A stretch of DNA of 64,000 bases, from assembly GCA_903883965.1 (NCBI GenBank), contig CAISCU010000043.1, forward strand, positions 64,050 through 128,049, in the 5' to 3' direction. Position 1 is the first letter of the stretch, and every line of letters begins with the position of its first letter. The notes under the pieces were generated by a model. The model had not been told where the DNA came from. It made no database searches and saw only the letters and a program-made list of their open reading frames with translations. This DNA is from an uncultured Bacteroidota bacterium (lineage in GTDB: Bacteria; Bacteroidota; Bacteroidia; UKL13-3). Below, one piece after another: positions 1-9,585 of the stretch. Both the position numbers and the translations under genes were made by a program.

Positions 1-1004
1 AACATTTTAGCTTGTTCAAAACCTGGAACAAGTTTTAGTGCTTTTATTTGTATGTCTTCAGGTAATGATGTGCTAAAACCATTTACATATATTTCAACAG
101 TACTCCATCCTTCTGGTTCTATAAATAGTTGGTGTCTTTCACGTTCTGCAAACCTGTTTATTTTATCTTCTATTGACGGACAATACCTTGGGCCAAGTCC
201 GCTAATTCTCCCGGCATACATTGGAGATTTTTCAAATCCTTCTTTTAAAATTTCATGTACCGTGTCGTTAGTATACGTAATCCAACAATGTTTTTGATTC
301 ACAACTGATTTTGTTTCTTTCGAAAATGAAAATTTTCCAGGATTTAGATCACCCTCTTGTACCTCCATTTTTGTGTAATTTAGGCTTCTGCCATCTATTC
401 TTGGCGGTGTACCCGTTTTCATTCGACCCGACACAAAACCCATTGTTACCAATTGTTCTGTTATTCCCTTTGATGCGCTTTCTCCTACCCTACCTCCTCC
501 AAAGTTTTTTTCTCCTATATGTATTTTACCATTCAAAAATGTGCCACTAGTTATTACTACGGCTTTTGAGCGAAAACTAATTCCCAATGATACTTTTACC
601 CCGCAAGCCTTTCCGTTTTCAATAAGAATCTCATTTACGTTATCTTGCCAAAAATCCACATTTGGGTTCTTTTCTAGTAACAATCTCCATTCATAGCTAA
701 ATACAAACCTATCATTTTGAGTGCGTGGGCTCCACATGGCTGCCCCCTTAGATCTGTTCAACATCCTAAATTGTATGGTTGACTTGTCACTAACAATTCC
801 TGAACCACCACCGAGCGCATCAATTTCTCTAACAATTTGTCCTTTTGCAATTCCGCCCATTGCTGGATTACAACTCATATGGGCAATTTTATTCATGTCC
901 ATTGTTATCAATAGTACACTAGAACCCATTTTGCCCGCAGCATTTGCTGCTTCACATCCTGCGTGTCCCGCACCAACAACGATTAAATCATACTCTTTAT
1001 TCAT
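1..1004 (-). CDS. mnmG: tRNA uridine 5-carboxymethylaminomethyl modification enzyme MnmG/GidA, N-terminal part (gene runs off left edge)
   Basis: Reverse translation from ATG at 1004-1002 gives MNKEYDLIVVGAGHAGCEAANAAGKMGSSVLLITMDMNKIAHMSCNPAMGGIAKGQIVREIDALGG, the FAD-binding N-terminus typical of MnmG. The frame stays open to position 1. Plus-strand ORFs 52-1113 are antisense shadows. Confidence 0.9.
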   Translation of the reverse strand, partial: MNKEYDLIVVGAGHAGCEAANAAGKMGSSVLLITMDMNKIAHMSCNPAMGGIAKGQIVREIDALGGGSGIVSDKSTIQFRMLNRSKGAAMWSPRTQNDRFVFSYEWRLLLEKNPNVDFWQDNVNEILIENGKACGVKVSLGISFRSKAVVITSGTFLNGKIHIGEKNFGGGRVGESASKGITEQLVTMGFVSGRMKTGTPPRIDGRSLNYTKMEVQEGDLNPGKFSFSKETKSVVNQKHCWITYTNDTVHEILKEGFEKSPMYAGRISGLGPRYCPSIEDKINRFAERERHQLFIEPEGWSTVEIYVNGFSTSLPEDIQIKALKLVPGFEQAKM

Positions 1005-1005
1005 A

Positions 1006-1482
1006 TTATTTCACGTGGAACTTGGTAAATTTTTCATACAAATATATGGCTTTATCTTCTTCCAGTCTCATTTGCTTTTGTTCAGCACTGCTTTTATCCT
1101 TCAATCCCATTAAGTGTAATAGGCCGTGCGCCATTACCCTCAGTAGCTCTTTATTTTGACTGGTCTTGAATTCTTTTGCATTTTCTTTTATTCTGTCAAT
1201 GCTAATTAAAATACTACCATTTATAGAACTGTTTTCTGATAAATCAAATGTGATGATGTCGGTATAGGTATCATGTTTTAAGTATTGTATATTATACTTT
1301 AACAACTCTTCATCCGACATAAATGTGTATTCTATTTGCTCTATTTGCCTATTATGCGTGTCTGCCAATTCGTTTAACCACAAACCGGTATTGGTTTTGT
1401 GAATCCTTACCTGCACTCCATTTTTATGAATCAATATCTTACCGGATGACACTGATTGTTCCTTTAACTTCTTTTGTTTCAT
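1006..1482 (-). CDS. ybeY: rRNA maturation endoribonuclease YbeY
   Basis: C-terminal LLRVMAHGLLHLMGLKD matches the YbeY metal-binding H-x-x-x-H region, and the size fits. ATG 1482 overlaps the upstream gene by 44 nt. An alternative TTG at 1434 (4 nt after the upstream stop) would give a canonical 142 aa. Stop lies 1 nt before the mnmG start. Confidence 0.8.
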   Translation of the reverse strand: MKQKKLKEQSVSSGKILIHKNGVQVRIHKTNTGLWLNELADTHNRQIEQIEYTFMSDEELLKYNIQYLKHDTYTDIITFDLSENSSINGSILISIDRIKENAKEFKTSQNKELLRVMAHGLLHLMGLKDKSSAEQKQMRLEEDKAIYLYEKFTKFHVK

Positions 1483-3169
1483 TGAATTGTATTATAACTG
1501 CTTTGAATAAATAAACCCCAATATCCAGCTCCTTTCCTGTATTATCCTGTCCAACAAATTCTGTTGTGTCAGATACAAATACTTCTTCTCCCCACCTATT
1601 GTAAATTATTGTTTTCTCTGGAATATTGTTTAAAATTCCAGGACCATATATTCTCAATCTATTATTTGTAGTTTTTGAATTAATTGCATTTGGCCAGTAT
1701 AAGCCGGAATTATTCAGTCCCATACAAACACTGTTGCTTTTAGAAGTTTCTATTCCTGCCTTTTCTATGCCTTCTACGTAGTAACAATTTATACCAACAC
1801 CAGTTAAGTCAAATTTTGTGTAAAACGAATCTTTTGTTTGACCAGTCACCACATAATCAGTTTCGTTTGGCATATAATCTCCAGAGAATGAGTATATTGT
1901 GTATTTTTCAACCCCCTTGTTCCACGTGAAATAGGGGTTCCATTTTAGTAAGTTGTTGTCTGACTTTAAATAAATGTTTGTAGACCTGGGGCAGGTAACT
2001 GAGTCGCTTGGGCATGAGCCCGGGCTGCTTATCGTAAATTCGCGCACGCCAATAATTTCACCAATATTTAAATCTAAACCGCCAATGATATTTTTAGATT
2101 CTAGTAGTTTTCCGTTTTGATTAAAAGAATACAATGCCGAGCTGTCGGAAGTGTTGTTGGTTGAAATTGAAATATTGGTTTCTCCGGTAATCGGATTTGT
2201 TGTGACGTGGTTAATAACTGGAGTTAGTGGCGTATATCTATAAATTGGGGCGCTTTCAAAAATATTTGAACTTGATGACAATTGGGGGTTGGAAGATTTA
2301 ATCGATCTGATAAAGTATTTACAGGGTGTAGATGTGTTGTTGCATTTGGTTACAAAACGAGTTGTGTCAAATGGCACTTGGCCTATCAATACAAATGAAT
2401 CATTTCTGTATTCGTATACTTCATTTCTGATTGCTGCGCCCCAGCCTTTATAGTTCTCCCAGTTTAATATAACTTCTCTTTTACAGGTATCTGTTTCACC
2501 TTTTAAAAAAATTGTGCTATGAGGTGTACCTGTTGCTGGCCTATTACCACAACTATCTACAGCTGTAATTTGGTAGGTTAATTTATTAAATGCCGGGTTT
2601 CTGATGCCAACGTCTAGGTAGTTATTTTGGATAGATGAGCCAATCATAAAGCCAGCTCCAATATTTGGCGTATAATAAATCTCGTATTTATAGATATCGT
2701 TTTCTATTCCACTTTTCCAACCAAGCAAAATGCTGTTATTTTTTACATCTACAGATACTGAATCTAGTTCGGTTTTTTGAGGATTAGAATTATCTACTTT
2801 TACAACTTTTGAGTTGAAGGATTTGTTATTCGTACCACAATTTAAAGTAGCTTCTATATAGTATTCCCAGGTGCTAGAAGCCAATAACGCGTGTGTTGCT
2901 TCAAAATTACTTGGATTGATACCTGCGGCTATGATTTCAAACGGACTAGCCAACGATCCATCTCTACCCCATAATGTAAGTGTGCCAATTATTTTACAAC
3001 TATCTTGTTTAAAAGACCAATAAATGGTGTTGTTTTTGTTGTTAGTGGTGTCTTGGCACACCCTTCTAATAAAAATTGTTTCTTGTGCCTTTAGTGCACT
3101 AGAAAGGCTCAATATTGTTCCTAAGATCAAAAAGAAATTATGATACCACAACTTCAATAATTTGTTCAT
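1439..3169 (-). CDS. secreted protein with T9SS type B (gliding-motility-associated) C-terminal sorting domain
   Basis: ATG at 3169 gives the signal peptide MNKLLKLWYHNFFLILGTILSLSSALKAQ (the track start 3190 is a TTG). The C-terminus ...KTIIYNRWGEEVFVSDTTEFVGQDNTGKELDIGVYLFKAVI...KGTISVIR carries the NRWG...GxY motif pattern of type B CTDs. Confidence 0.75.
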   Translation of the reverse strand: MNKLLKLWYHNFFLILGTILSLSSALKAQETIFIRRVCQDTTNNKNNTIYWSFKQDSCKIIGTLTLWGRDGSLASPFEIIAAGINPSNFEATHALLASSTWEYYIEATLNCGTNNKSFNSKVVKVDNSNPQKTELDSVSVDVKNNSILLGWKSGIENDIYKYEIYYTPNIGAGFMIGSSIQNNYLDVGIRNPAFNKLTYQITAVDSCGNRPATGTPHSTIFLKGETDTCKREVILNWENYKGWGAAIRNEVYEYRNDSFVLIGQVPFDTTRFVTKCNNTSTPCKYFIRSIKSSNPQLSSSSNIFESAPIYRYTPLTPVINHVTTNPITGETNISISTNNTSDSSALYSFNQNGKLLESKNIIGGLDLNIGEIIGVREFTISSPGSCPSDSVTCPRSTNIYLKSDNNLLKWNPYFTWNKGVEKYTIYSFSGDYMPNETDYVVTGQTKDSFYTKFDLTGVGINCYYVEGIEKAGIETSKSNSVCMGLNNSGLYWPNAINSKTTNNRLRIYGPGILNNIPEKTIIYNRWGEEVFVSDTTEFVGQDNTGKELDIGVYLFKAVIIQFNETKEVKGTISVIR

Positions 3170-4412
3170 TTGACAGGTGTTTTGCTGCAACTTTTGACAA
3201 CGAATCTGAATTTACTGAGTATATTTCATCTATGTATTTTACCATGTAATCTGCATCTAATTCAAAGTCTATATGGGTTTTCATTCTTGATGACATTGAA
3301 AGCGGATTGTCTAAACTTTTGAGTATTGCACCACACAGATAATTTCTGGCAACCTCAATTTCTTTTGCTGATATGGCCTTGTTGCTTATTTTTTGTAGTT
3401 CCTTGTATATTTCTGTAACGGCCAATGTTTTATTTTTATTATTCACCTCGGCTTCAATACACCAAATATTTAAAATTTGACCAGGTTCATAATATGAATG
3501 TATGCCATACGTGAGCCCCAAATCTTCTCTAATTTTTTTCATTAATCTTGAACCAAAAAAGCCCCCAAAAATTAGGTTAAGTAATTGGAAATCAGTAAAA
3601 TGTGCGTCTTTTCTATTGGGGCCTATTTTACCAATTTTAAGGCTTGCTTGGGATTTATTTGGTGCCTCTATTTGGTGTTTACCAAAAATCTGAATGGGAA
3701 GTTGTTTATTGTTGTTATTAACCTTGAATTGTTCCAAAGGGGATGAGTCTATGAGACTTTGAATTTTTAGTATTGTTTGAGGGTTAAAATTACCCGTTAA
3801 AATCGCATATTTAAACCCAGTAAGGTAGTTTGTCTTATAAAAGTCTAAAAGTTCATTACGTTCAATCTTATTAATGTTTTCGACACTGTTTTTTTTACCT
3901 AAAGGATGGTCTTTACCATAAATAAATTCGTTGAATGATGTTCTGCAGATGTATTCATTTTTTTTGTTATTTATTTTGATACGCTCAACAGCATTTCTTT
4001 TTAAAACAGTAAGTTCTTTTTCTGGGAATATAGATTCGGTAATGGCTTCTATAAACAAAGGCAGGGCTCCGTCTAAATATTTTTCAAGACAATAAAGGGT
4101 TGCAATGGCATCTTCATTGAACGTTTTAACCTGAAAGTGAGCACCCCAATAGTCAAGTTCATCAATTAAAGCTTTTCCTGTTCTTTTTTTAGTACCCTCA
4201 TTCATCATAGATGCCGTAAATGATGCCACAGAGGTGTTTAGTTCGTTTGCTTTTCCCGCATCAAAAACAAGTTCAAGTTTGATGACTGGTTCGGTGCCTC
4301 CTGAGAGAAAATAAAGTGATGAGCCACAAGCCATATTGGTATGCTCAAAATAATTAAAATTAAGCGATTTGATTTTTTCAATTGTTGGCTGTATATCTCT
4401 ATTTAGAATCAT
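3138..4412 (-). CDS. M16 family peptidase, non-catalytic (beta-like) subunit
   Basis: Pitrilysin-family length and C-terminal domain pattern, with no HxxEH zinc motif. Overlaps the catalytic M16 gene upstream by 14 nt, a typical M16B pair arrangement. Confidence 0.7.
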   Translation of the reverse strand: MILNRDIQPTIEKIKSLNFNYFEHTNMACGSSLYFLSGGTEPVIKLELVFDAGKANELNTSVASFTASMMNEGTKKRTGKALIDELDYWGAHFQVKTFNEDAIATLYCLEKYLDGALPLFIEAITESIFPEKELTVLKRNAVERIKINNKKNEYICRTSFNEFIYGKDHPLGKKNSVENINKIERNELLDFYKTNYLTGFKYAILTGNFNPQTILKIQSLIDSSPLEQFKVNNNNKQLPIQIFGKHQIEAPNKSQASLKIGKIGPNRKDAHFTDFQLLNLIFGGFFGSRLMKKIREDLGLTYGIHSYYEPGQILNIWCIEAEVNNKNKTLAVTEIYKELQKISNKAISAKEIEVARNYLCGAILKSLDNPLSMSSRMKTHIDFELDADYMVKYIDEIYSVNSDSLSKVAAKHLSNEQIIEVVVS

Positions 4413-5670
4413 CTTTTTTTATTTTATAGCTCAATATTGAGCAGTTAGACTCTTTAAAAACTTTCTTTGATTCAGTGGTTATATCGTCGGTGTGAATTGC
4501 GAGGTAGTTATCGATTTCTTTGTTCACTAAATCAACATCGCCAAGGTATTCGGCATATGCAAGTTTCATAGCTCTATTCAGTGGGTTGATATCGCCAAAA
4601 CGAATAGATGTTTCATTCTTATGTTGAGCCCTTTTTAAATCATTTTCGTCAATGTTTTTGGTTTTTATATGGTTCAGCACCATCCAAATTGCTTCTTCAG
4701 CCATTTCAAATGTGGTATTGGGAAGCATTCTGCCTTCTACAATAAATAGACCAGGTTCTGCATCGGCAGTAATGTATGCGTCAATTTCTGAAAACAGGTT
4801 TTTTTTCTTAATCAATTCTTGGTATAAAATTGAACCCTTTCCGCTACCCATTATGTCTGAAAGTAAATCCATTGCATAGAAATTTTTACTTTGTCTTTGG
4901 TCCATATGAAAACCCATAACAATCAAGTTAGCTGGTACATCTGCAAGTACTGTTTTTCGCCTTAATTTTCGTTGAACTGGCTCTTGAGGCAGAGGATTTG
5001 ATAAGATATTTTGTGATGGAATAGGAAGAAACCACTTGTTACAAAGTTCTTTTGTTTTTTCAAGATTGATATTTCCTGCAACTACTAAAATACAATTGTT
5101 GGGTGCATAATTTTGCCTAAAAAAATCATTGACATCGGCTTGATTTGCATTTTTAATATGGGCAATAGCTTTACCAATTGTTGGCCATTTATAGGGATGT
5201 TTTTTATATGCAAGTGGCAATAGTTTTAACCAGATGTCTCCATAGGGTTGATTCAAATATCTTTCTTTGAATTCTTCAATCACAACCCCTTTTTGAACTC
5301 TTAAACTTTTAGGGTTAATAGCCAAACCAAGCATGCGATCACTCTCAAGCCAAAAACCAGTTTCAATATTGTTGGCGGGCAAACTCAAATAATAGTTTGT
5401 AATGTCATTTGAAGTAAATGCATTGTTTTCTCCACCAGCAAGCTGAAGCGGTTCGTCATAATTTGGTATGTGAATAGAGCCCCCAAACATTAAGTGTTCA
5501 AACAAATGCGCGAATCCCGTTTTGTGTGCTTCTTCGTTTTTAGACCCTACTTTATAGAGCAAATTTAAAACACAAAGCTCTGTTGATTTGTCTTCGTGGT
5601 GAATAACGGTAAGCCCATTGCCGAGAATAAATTTTGTAAATTCTATCAAAGTTTGGATGTTAAACCACAA
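4399..5670 (-). CDS. M16 family zinc peptidase (insulinase/pitrilysin-like), catalytic subunit
   Basis: Inverted zinc motif HLFEH in GFAHLFEHLMFGGS, followed by NAFTSNDITNYY. There is no ATG near the N-terminus, so the start must be a TTG (5670 or 5649) and is uncertain. Confidence 0.8.
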   Translation of the reverse strand: MWFNIQTLIEFTKFILGNGLTVIHHEDKSTELCVLNLLYKVGSKNEEAHKTGFAHLFEHLMFGGSIHIPNYDEPLQLAGGENNAFTSNDITNYYLSLPANNIETGFWLESDRMLGLAINPKSLRVQKGVVIEEFKERYLNQPYGDIWLKLLPLAYKKHPYKWPTIGKAIAHIKNANQADVNDFFRQNYAPNNCILVVAGNINLEKTKELCNKWFLPIPSQNILSNPLPQEPVQRKLRRKTVLADVPANLIVMGFHMDQRQSKNFYAMDLLSDIMGSGKGSILYQELIKKKNLFSEIDAYITADAEPGLFIVEGRMLPNTTFEMAEEAIWMVLNHIKTKNIDENDLKRAQHKNETSIRFGDINPLNRAMKLAYAEYLGDVDLVNKEIDNYLAIHTDDITTESKKVFKESNCSILSYKIKKDDSK

Positions 5671-5757
5671 ATTTAACCGCTGTGAGATAGATTAGATTGG
5701 ACAGAGTTCACAACATTTCATCAGAATTTGTGAATTGTACTAAATACATTGCGCAGA

Positions 5758-7128
5758 TTAAACCTCTTTTTCCCACTTAGCAACAACGTAGGTTGCAAGA
5801 CAGTTGCCTACCACATTGATGGTGGTTCTTCCCATATCCATCAGCGCATCTACCGCTAATATTGCAAATGCTTTTTGTGGGTCTAGGCCTAGTGTAGAAA
5901 CGGTTCCTACCAATATTAAAAAAGAAGCACCCCTAACACCCGCAACCCCCTTACTTGTAAGCATTAGCAATAAACACATTTCTATTTGTTCTGCCACACT
6001 CAACTCCAACCCACTTGCTTGAGCAATAAAAACAGATGCCAAAGACAAATAAAGTGTAGTGCCATCTAAATTGAAACTATAACCTGTGGGTAAAACAAAA
6101 GCTACAATTTTTCTAGGTATTCCCATTTTTTCTAGGTTTTCCATTGCTTTTGGAAGTGCTGCCTCTGAACTTGCTGTTGCAAAAGCAATTGAAACGGGTT
6201 CTGAAATTGCCTGAAAGAATTTTGTGATTGGAAGTTTCACCAACAACGCAATGGGTAGGAAAACAAAAAGTACAAGTGCTATCAATGCTAAATAGAGTGT
6301 CCCTACAAGTTTTAAAAGCGGACCTATTACGGCTATTCCCATGTTTGATACGGCATACGCCATGGCTCCGAAAACCGCAAATGGAGCTAACCACATTACA
6401 ATGTTTGTAAATTTAAACATGGCCTCTCCAAGGCTTTCCATAAACGCAAGAAGGGGTTTCTTTTTTTCATCACCCTGAACCATGGCCAACCCCATACCCA
6501 ATAAAATACTAAAAATAACAACTTGAAGTACTTGGTTATCTGCTATTGATTTGGCAATGTTTTCAGGGAAAGCATCTAGTATAAAATTGTGATTTTGCTT
6601 TTGTTCAATTATTTTTTCTGCTTTTGAAATTTGATCTGTTTCAGGAACCAAGCTTGTTCCTCTTCCGGCGCCAGTGAGGTTAATGGCTACTAAGCCTATT
6701 ACCAAGGCCAGTGTTGTAACCAATTCAAAATACACAATTGATTTAACACCCATTCTTCCAACCTGTTTTAGATTGGCGTGTCCAGCTATTCCAACAACCA
6801 AAGTAGAAAGCAGCAGTGGGGCTATAATGCTTTTGATTAATCGTAAAAAAACATCACTGAAAGTTTTTGTGTTTTTACACCAACCAATCACATCCATACC
6901 AGTAATTTCAGAGAGTTGACTTGCGCCCGACCCTAGTAATAATCCGAGGCCCATCCCCAACAATATAAACCAGGTTAAACTTTTTTTAACAAACGCATGA
7001 TAACCAAGAAGCATCAATAAAAGTAGGTCAACAAAAAAGGTTAAAAGAAACCCATTGGTGTATAAATGTAAAAAAGCCGAAACAGATAAAAGAATGGTTC
7101 CTATGATTGCAACAAAATATTTTTTCAT
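5758..7128 (-). CDS. dicarboxylate/amino acid:cation symporter (DAACS / GltP-type)
   Basis: Motifs PTGYSFNLDGTTLYLSLASVFIAQ and VDALMDMGRTTINVVGN are typical of the SLC1/GltP family. The track start 7146 is a TTG. ATG at 7128 (MKKYFVAIIG) sits 15 nt downstream of a TATGTTTG -7 box. Confidence 0.85.
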   Translation of the reverse strand: MKKYFVAIIGTILLSVSAFLHLYTNGFLLTFFVDLLLLMLLGYHAFVKKSLTWFILLGMGLGLLLGSGASQLSEITGMDVIGWCKNTKTFSDVFLRLIKSIIAPLLLSTLVVGIAGHANLKQVGRMGVKSIVYFELVTTLALVIGLVAINLTGAGRGTSLVPETDQISKAEKIIEQKQNHNFILDAFPENIAKSIADNQVLQVVIFSILLGMGLAMVQGDEKKKPLLAFMESLGEAMFKFTNIVMWLAPFAVFGAMAYAVSNMGIAVIGPLLKLVGTLYLALIALVLFVFLPIALLVKLPITKFFQAISEPVSIAFATASSEAALPKAMENLEKMGIPRKIVAFVLPTGYSFNLDGTTLYLSLASVFIAQASGLELSVAEQIEMCLLLMLTSKGVAGVRGASFLILVGTVSTLGLDPQKAFAILAVDALMDMGRTTINVVGNCLATYVVAKWEKEV

Positions 7129-7143
7129 GCTTTTTAGTTTGTT

Positions 7144-7151
7144 CAAACATA
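7144..7151 (-). promoter_or_regulatory. Bacteroidota -7 promoter box (TATGTTTG on minus strand)
   Basis: Plus strand reads CAAACATA, whose reverse complement fits TAnnTTTG. It lies 15 nt upstream of ATG 7128. Confidence 0.45.
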
Positions 7152-7247
7152 AGAACCAGGCAGCATTTTGCGAAGTAAACCCTAAAAAAAATCAATAGGA
7201 TTAAACCAATCAAAAGTTTCTGTATCTTAGTAACAAATTCTATTATC

Positions 7248-8039
7248 ATGAAATTTACTCAAATTATTTTAGCGGTCATGTTAGTGCTGACACTTGGATC
7301 GTGCAAAAAACAAACTACAGAAGATACCGATTGGACTAGCATGCAAGACCAAAATACTGCCGATATGAACAGTGATTTGGTATTAAAAGAGGTAGAAGGA
7401 GCTGCTAGTGGTTCTGGCCTTGGAAAATCAACTTTCCCAATAATTGTTACAGACACAGCCGCTAATACCAAGACAATGACAATTGATTACGGAAGTGCTA
7501 ATTATTTGTGTGACGATGGTCATTACAGAAGAGGAAAAATAATAGTTAGTTGGACGGGAAAATACAAAGAAGTGGGTTCTGTTAAAGTGATTTCGTTTGA
7601 TGCGTTTTTTCAAAACGACAATAAAATTGAAGGCTCTAAAACCATTACCAATATTGGAGTAAATGATGTCAATCAATTGGCGTTTAATGTTGTTTCAATC
7701 ATTAAAATTACCAATACATCAGGTGAAAGCATCAATTGGACTTCAACTAGAACCAGAACTTGGATTCAGGGTGTACAAACCAAAAGTAATTTAGACGATG
7801 TTTACTCAATTACAGGTGGTACGACAGGAATAAATAGAAAAGGTAAAAATTATACCTCTACCATTATCTCCCCGCTTCGTGTAGAGATTGCTTGCCAGTG
7901 GAGAATAGTTTCAGGAACAATTGAATTGATAAGAGAGGGCGGTTCTTCTAAAACAATTGATTTTGGAACTGGAGCATGTGATGCCACCTTTACCGTTACT
8001 TCTAATGGAAAAACACATACGGTAATTAGGCGCAAATAG
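7248..8039 (+). CDS. hypothetical lipoprotein
   Basis: Lipoprotein signal MKFTQIILAVMLVLTLGSC followed by a beta-rich Thr/Ser/Gly-rich body. No family recognised. Followed by a strong terminator. Confidence 0.6.
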   Translation: MKFTQIILAVMLVLTLGSCKKQTTEDTDWTSMQDQNTADMNSDLVLKEVEGAASGSGLGKSTFPIIVTDTAANTKTMTIDYGSANYLCDDGHYRRGKIIVSWTGKYKEVGSVKVISFDAFFQNDNKIEGSKTITNIGVNDVNQLAFNVVSIIKITNTSGESINWTSTRTRTWIQGVQTKSNLDDVYSITGGTTGINRKGKNYTSTIISPLRVEIACQWRIVSGTIELIREGGSSKTIDFGTGACDATFTVTSNGKTHTVIRRK

Positions 8040-8061
8040 CCTATACAAATCATTCATTTTC

Positions 8062-8107
8062 AAATCCAACCAAAGCAAAGGCTCGTTTTGGTTGGATTTT
8101 TTATTTT
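8062..8107 (+). terminator. rho-independent terminator
   Basis: AAATCCAACCAAA (8062-8074) pairs with TTTGGTTGGATTT (8087-8099) and is followed by a T-run. Confidence 0.75.
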
Positions 8108-8131
8108 TACAAGGTTCTGTATTTAAAATCA

Positions 8132-8139
8132 TATCTTTG
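8132..8139 (+). promoter_or_regulatory. Bacteroidota -7 promoter box TATCTTTG
   Basis: Exact TAnnTTTG match ending 11 nt before ATG 8151. Confidence 0.5.
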
Positions 8140-8150
8140 CAGGTCGAAAT

Positions 8151-9521
8151 ATGAAAAGAGAAGCTAAAGGTTCTGGAAGAAGAACCGCAAATAAATCAGG
8201 CGAAAAACCTGCATTTGCAAAAAAAGGAAGACCCTCTACATCTGGATCGGGAAGGGGATTTACAAAAAAATCAGAAATGAAGGGTTGGAATAAAAAATCA
8301 GATGACAAGCCGGTTGATTATAGATATGCCAAACCAGGCAGCAAAGGAAAAGACGTAGATTTTTCTAAGAAAAGAACCGGAAGGCCACCAGCTAAATTTT
8401 ACGACAAAGAGGGCGCAGTATCTGAAAAACCCGCATTTGACAAAAGACCAAGTAGCAGAGGAAAAGATATAGATTTTTCTAAGAAAAGAACGGGTAGGCC
8501 ACCAGCTAAATTTTACGACAAAGAGGGTGCAACATCTGAAAAACCCGCATTTGACAAAAGAAGAAAACCAGCAGCAGATAAAGAAAGAAGGTTTGAGTCG
8601 GGTACAAGAAATACAAGACCTAGAACCAACTCAAGGGCTTACAACGCAGAATCAACGGGTTCTTCTGAACGTGGAAATTATTCAGCTAAACCAGAAAGAA
8701 CCAAACCATTTAATAAGTTTAGCAGAATTGCTGCGTCAAAAACAGACGAAACTCCAGTAAAAAACAAGAAAAACACAGCTGAATCTGATTTAGTGGGTGG
8801 CTCAGGTATTCGCTTAAACAGATACATTTCAAATGCTGGAATTTGCAGCAGAAGAGAAGCCGACGAATTGATCAACGCGGGTCTGGTTAGTGTAAACGAC
8901 AAGATTGTTACAACCCTTGGAACCAAAGTAATACATGGAGATGTAGTTAAATTCAATGGCACTAAACTCTCTGTTGAAGAGCGTGTATATGTTTTATTAA
9001 ACAAACCCAAAGATACCATTACAACCTTTGATGATCCCGAAGGAAGAAATACCGTAATGGAATTGTTTGATGGAAAAATGAAAGAGCGCATATTTCCAGT
9101 TGGTAGATTAGATAGAAACACAACAGGTGTTTTGTTACTTACCAACGATGGAGAACTTGCTCAACGCTTAATGCACCCCAAGTACGAAGTTTTTAAGGTA
9201 TATCGCGCTACACTTGATAAACCCTTCAAACCTACAGATATGTGGACGCTTTCTAATGGAATTGTGTTAGAAGATGGACCCATCAAACCAGATGCAATAG
9301 CCATGTCCGATCCAAAAGATAAAAAAGTTGTAGGTGTTGAAATTCACAGTGGAAAAAACAGGATTATTCATAGAATGTTTGAACACTTGGAATACAAAGT
9401 AGACAGGCTAGACAGGGTATTATATGCAGACCTTGAAAAAGGCAAATTAAAACGCGGTGAATGGAGACATTTAACCGAAAAAGAAGTAAAGTCTCTGAAG
9501 CGTCTTTTAAAAATGAAATAA
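8151..9521 (+). CDS. rluB: RluB/RsuA-family 23S rRNA pseudouridine synthase with long basic N-terminal extension
   Basis: S4 domain IRLNRYISNAGICSRREADELI, then the catalytic core FPVGRLDRNTTGVLLLTNDGELAQRLMHPK. The first ~215 aa are K/R/P/G/S-rich low complexity. Confidence 0.8.
   Translation: MKREAKGSGRRTANKSGEKPAFAKKGRPSTSGSGRGFTKKSEMKGWNKKSDDKPVDYRYAKPGSKGKDVDFSKKRTGRPPAKFYDKEGAVSEKPAFDKRPSSRGKDIDFSKKRTGRPPAKFYDKEGATSEKPAFDKRRKPAADKERRFESGTRNTRPRTNSRAYNAESTGSSERGNYSAKPERTKPFNKFSRIAASKTDETPVKNKKNTAESDLVGGSGIRLNRYISNAGICSRREADELINAGLVSVNDKIVTTLGTKVIHGDVVKFNGTKLSVEERVYVLLNKPKDTITTFDDPEGRNTVMELFDGKMKERIFPVGRLDRNTTGVLLLTNDGELAQRLMHPKYEVFKVYRATLDKPFKPTDMWTLSNGIVLEDGPIKPDAIAMSDPKDKKVVGVEIHSGKNRIIHRMFEHLEYKVDRLDRVLYADLEKGKLKRGEWRHLTEKEVKSLKRLLKMK
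8346..8561 (+). repeat. 114-bp (38-aa) direct tandem duplication inside the rluB-like 5' region
   Basis: Copy 1 (8346-8447) and copy 2 (8460-8561) differ at only a few positions: GKDVDFSKKRTGRPPAKFYDKEGAVSEKPAFDKR versus GKDIDFSKKRTGRPPAKFYDKEGATSEKPAFDKR. A degenerate third copy (GEKPAFAKKGR) lies near 8199-8228. Confidence 0.9.
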
Positions 9522-9558
9522 TTAAACCCGTTTGGTGTTTATAAATAGATTTATTAAC

Positions 9559-9566
9559 TAAATTTG
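9559..9566 (+). promoter_or_regulatory. Bacteroidota -7 promoter box TAAATTTG
   Basis: Exact TAnnTTTG match ending 19 nt before ATG 9586 (tatA). Confidence 0.5.
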
Positions 9567-9585
9567 TAACTTAATAATTCATACA

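Noticed and set aside
52-1113. Plus-strand ORFs of 81, 79, 130 and 71 aa at the left edge
   Set aside because: They lie antisense to an unmistakable MnmG/YbeY reading frame and have low-complexity, hydrophobic, Leu/Phe/Ser-rich compositions typical of shadow ORFs in AT-rich DNA.
8678-9145. 155-aa minus-strand ORF inside the rluB-like gene, plus the +2-frame 77-aa ORF at 8527-8760
   Set aside because: Both are fully embedded in a gene with clear S4 and pseudouridine-synthase motifs. They show no motifs, start context or promoter box of their own.
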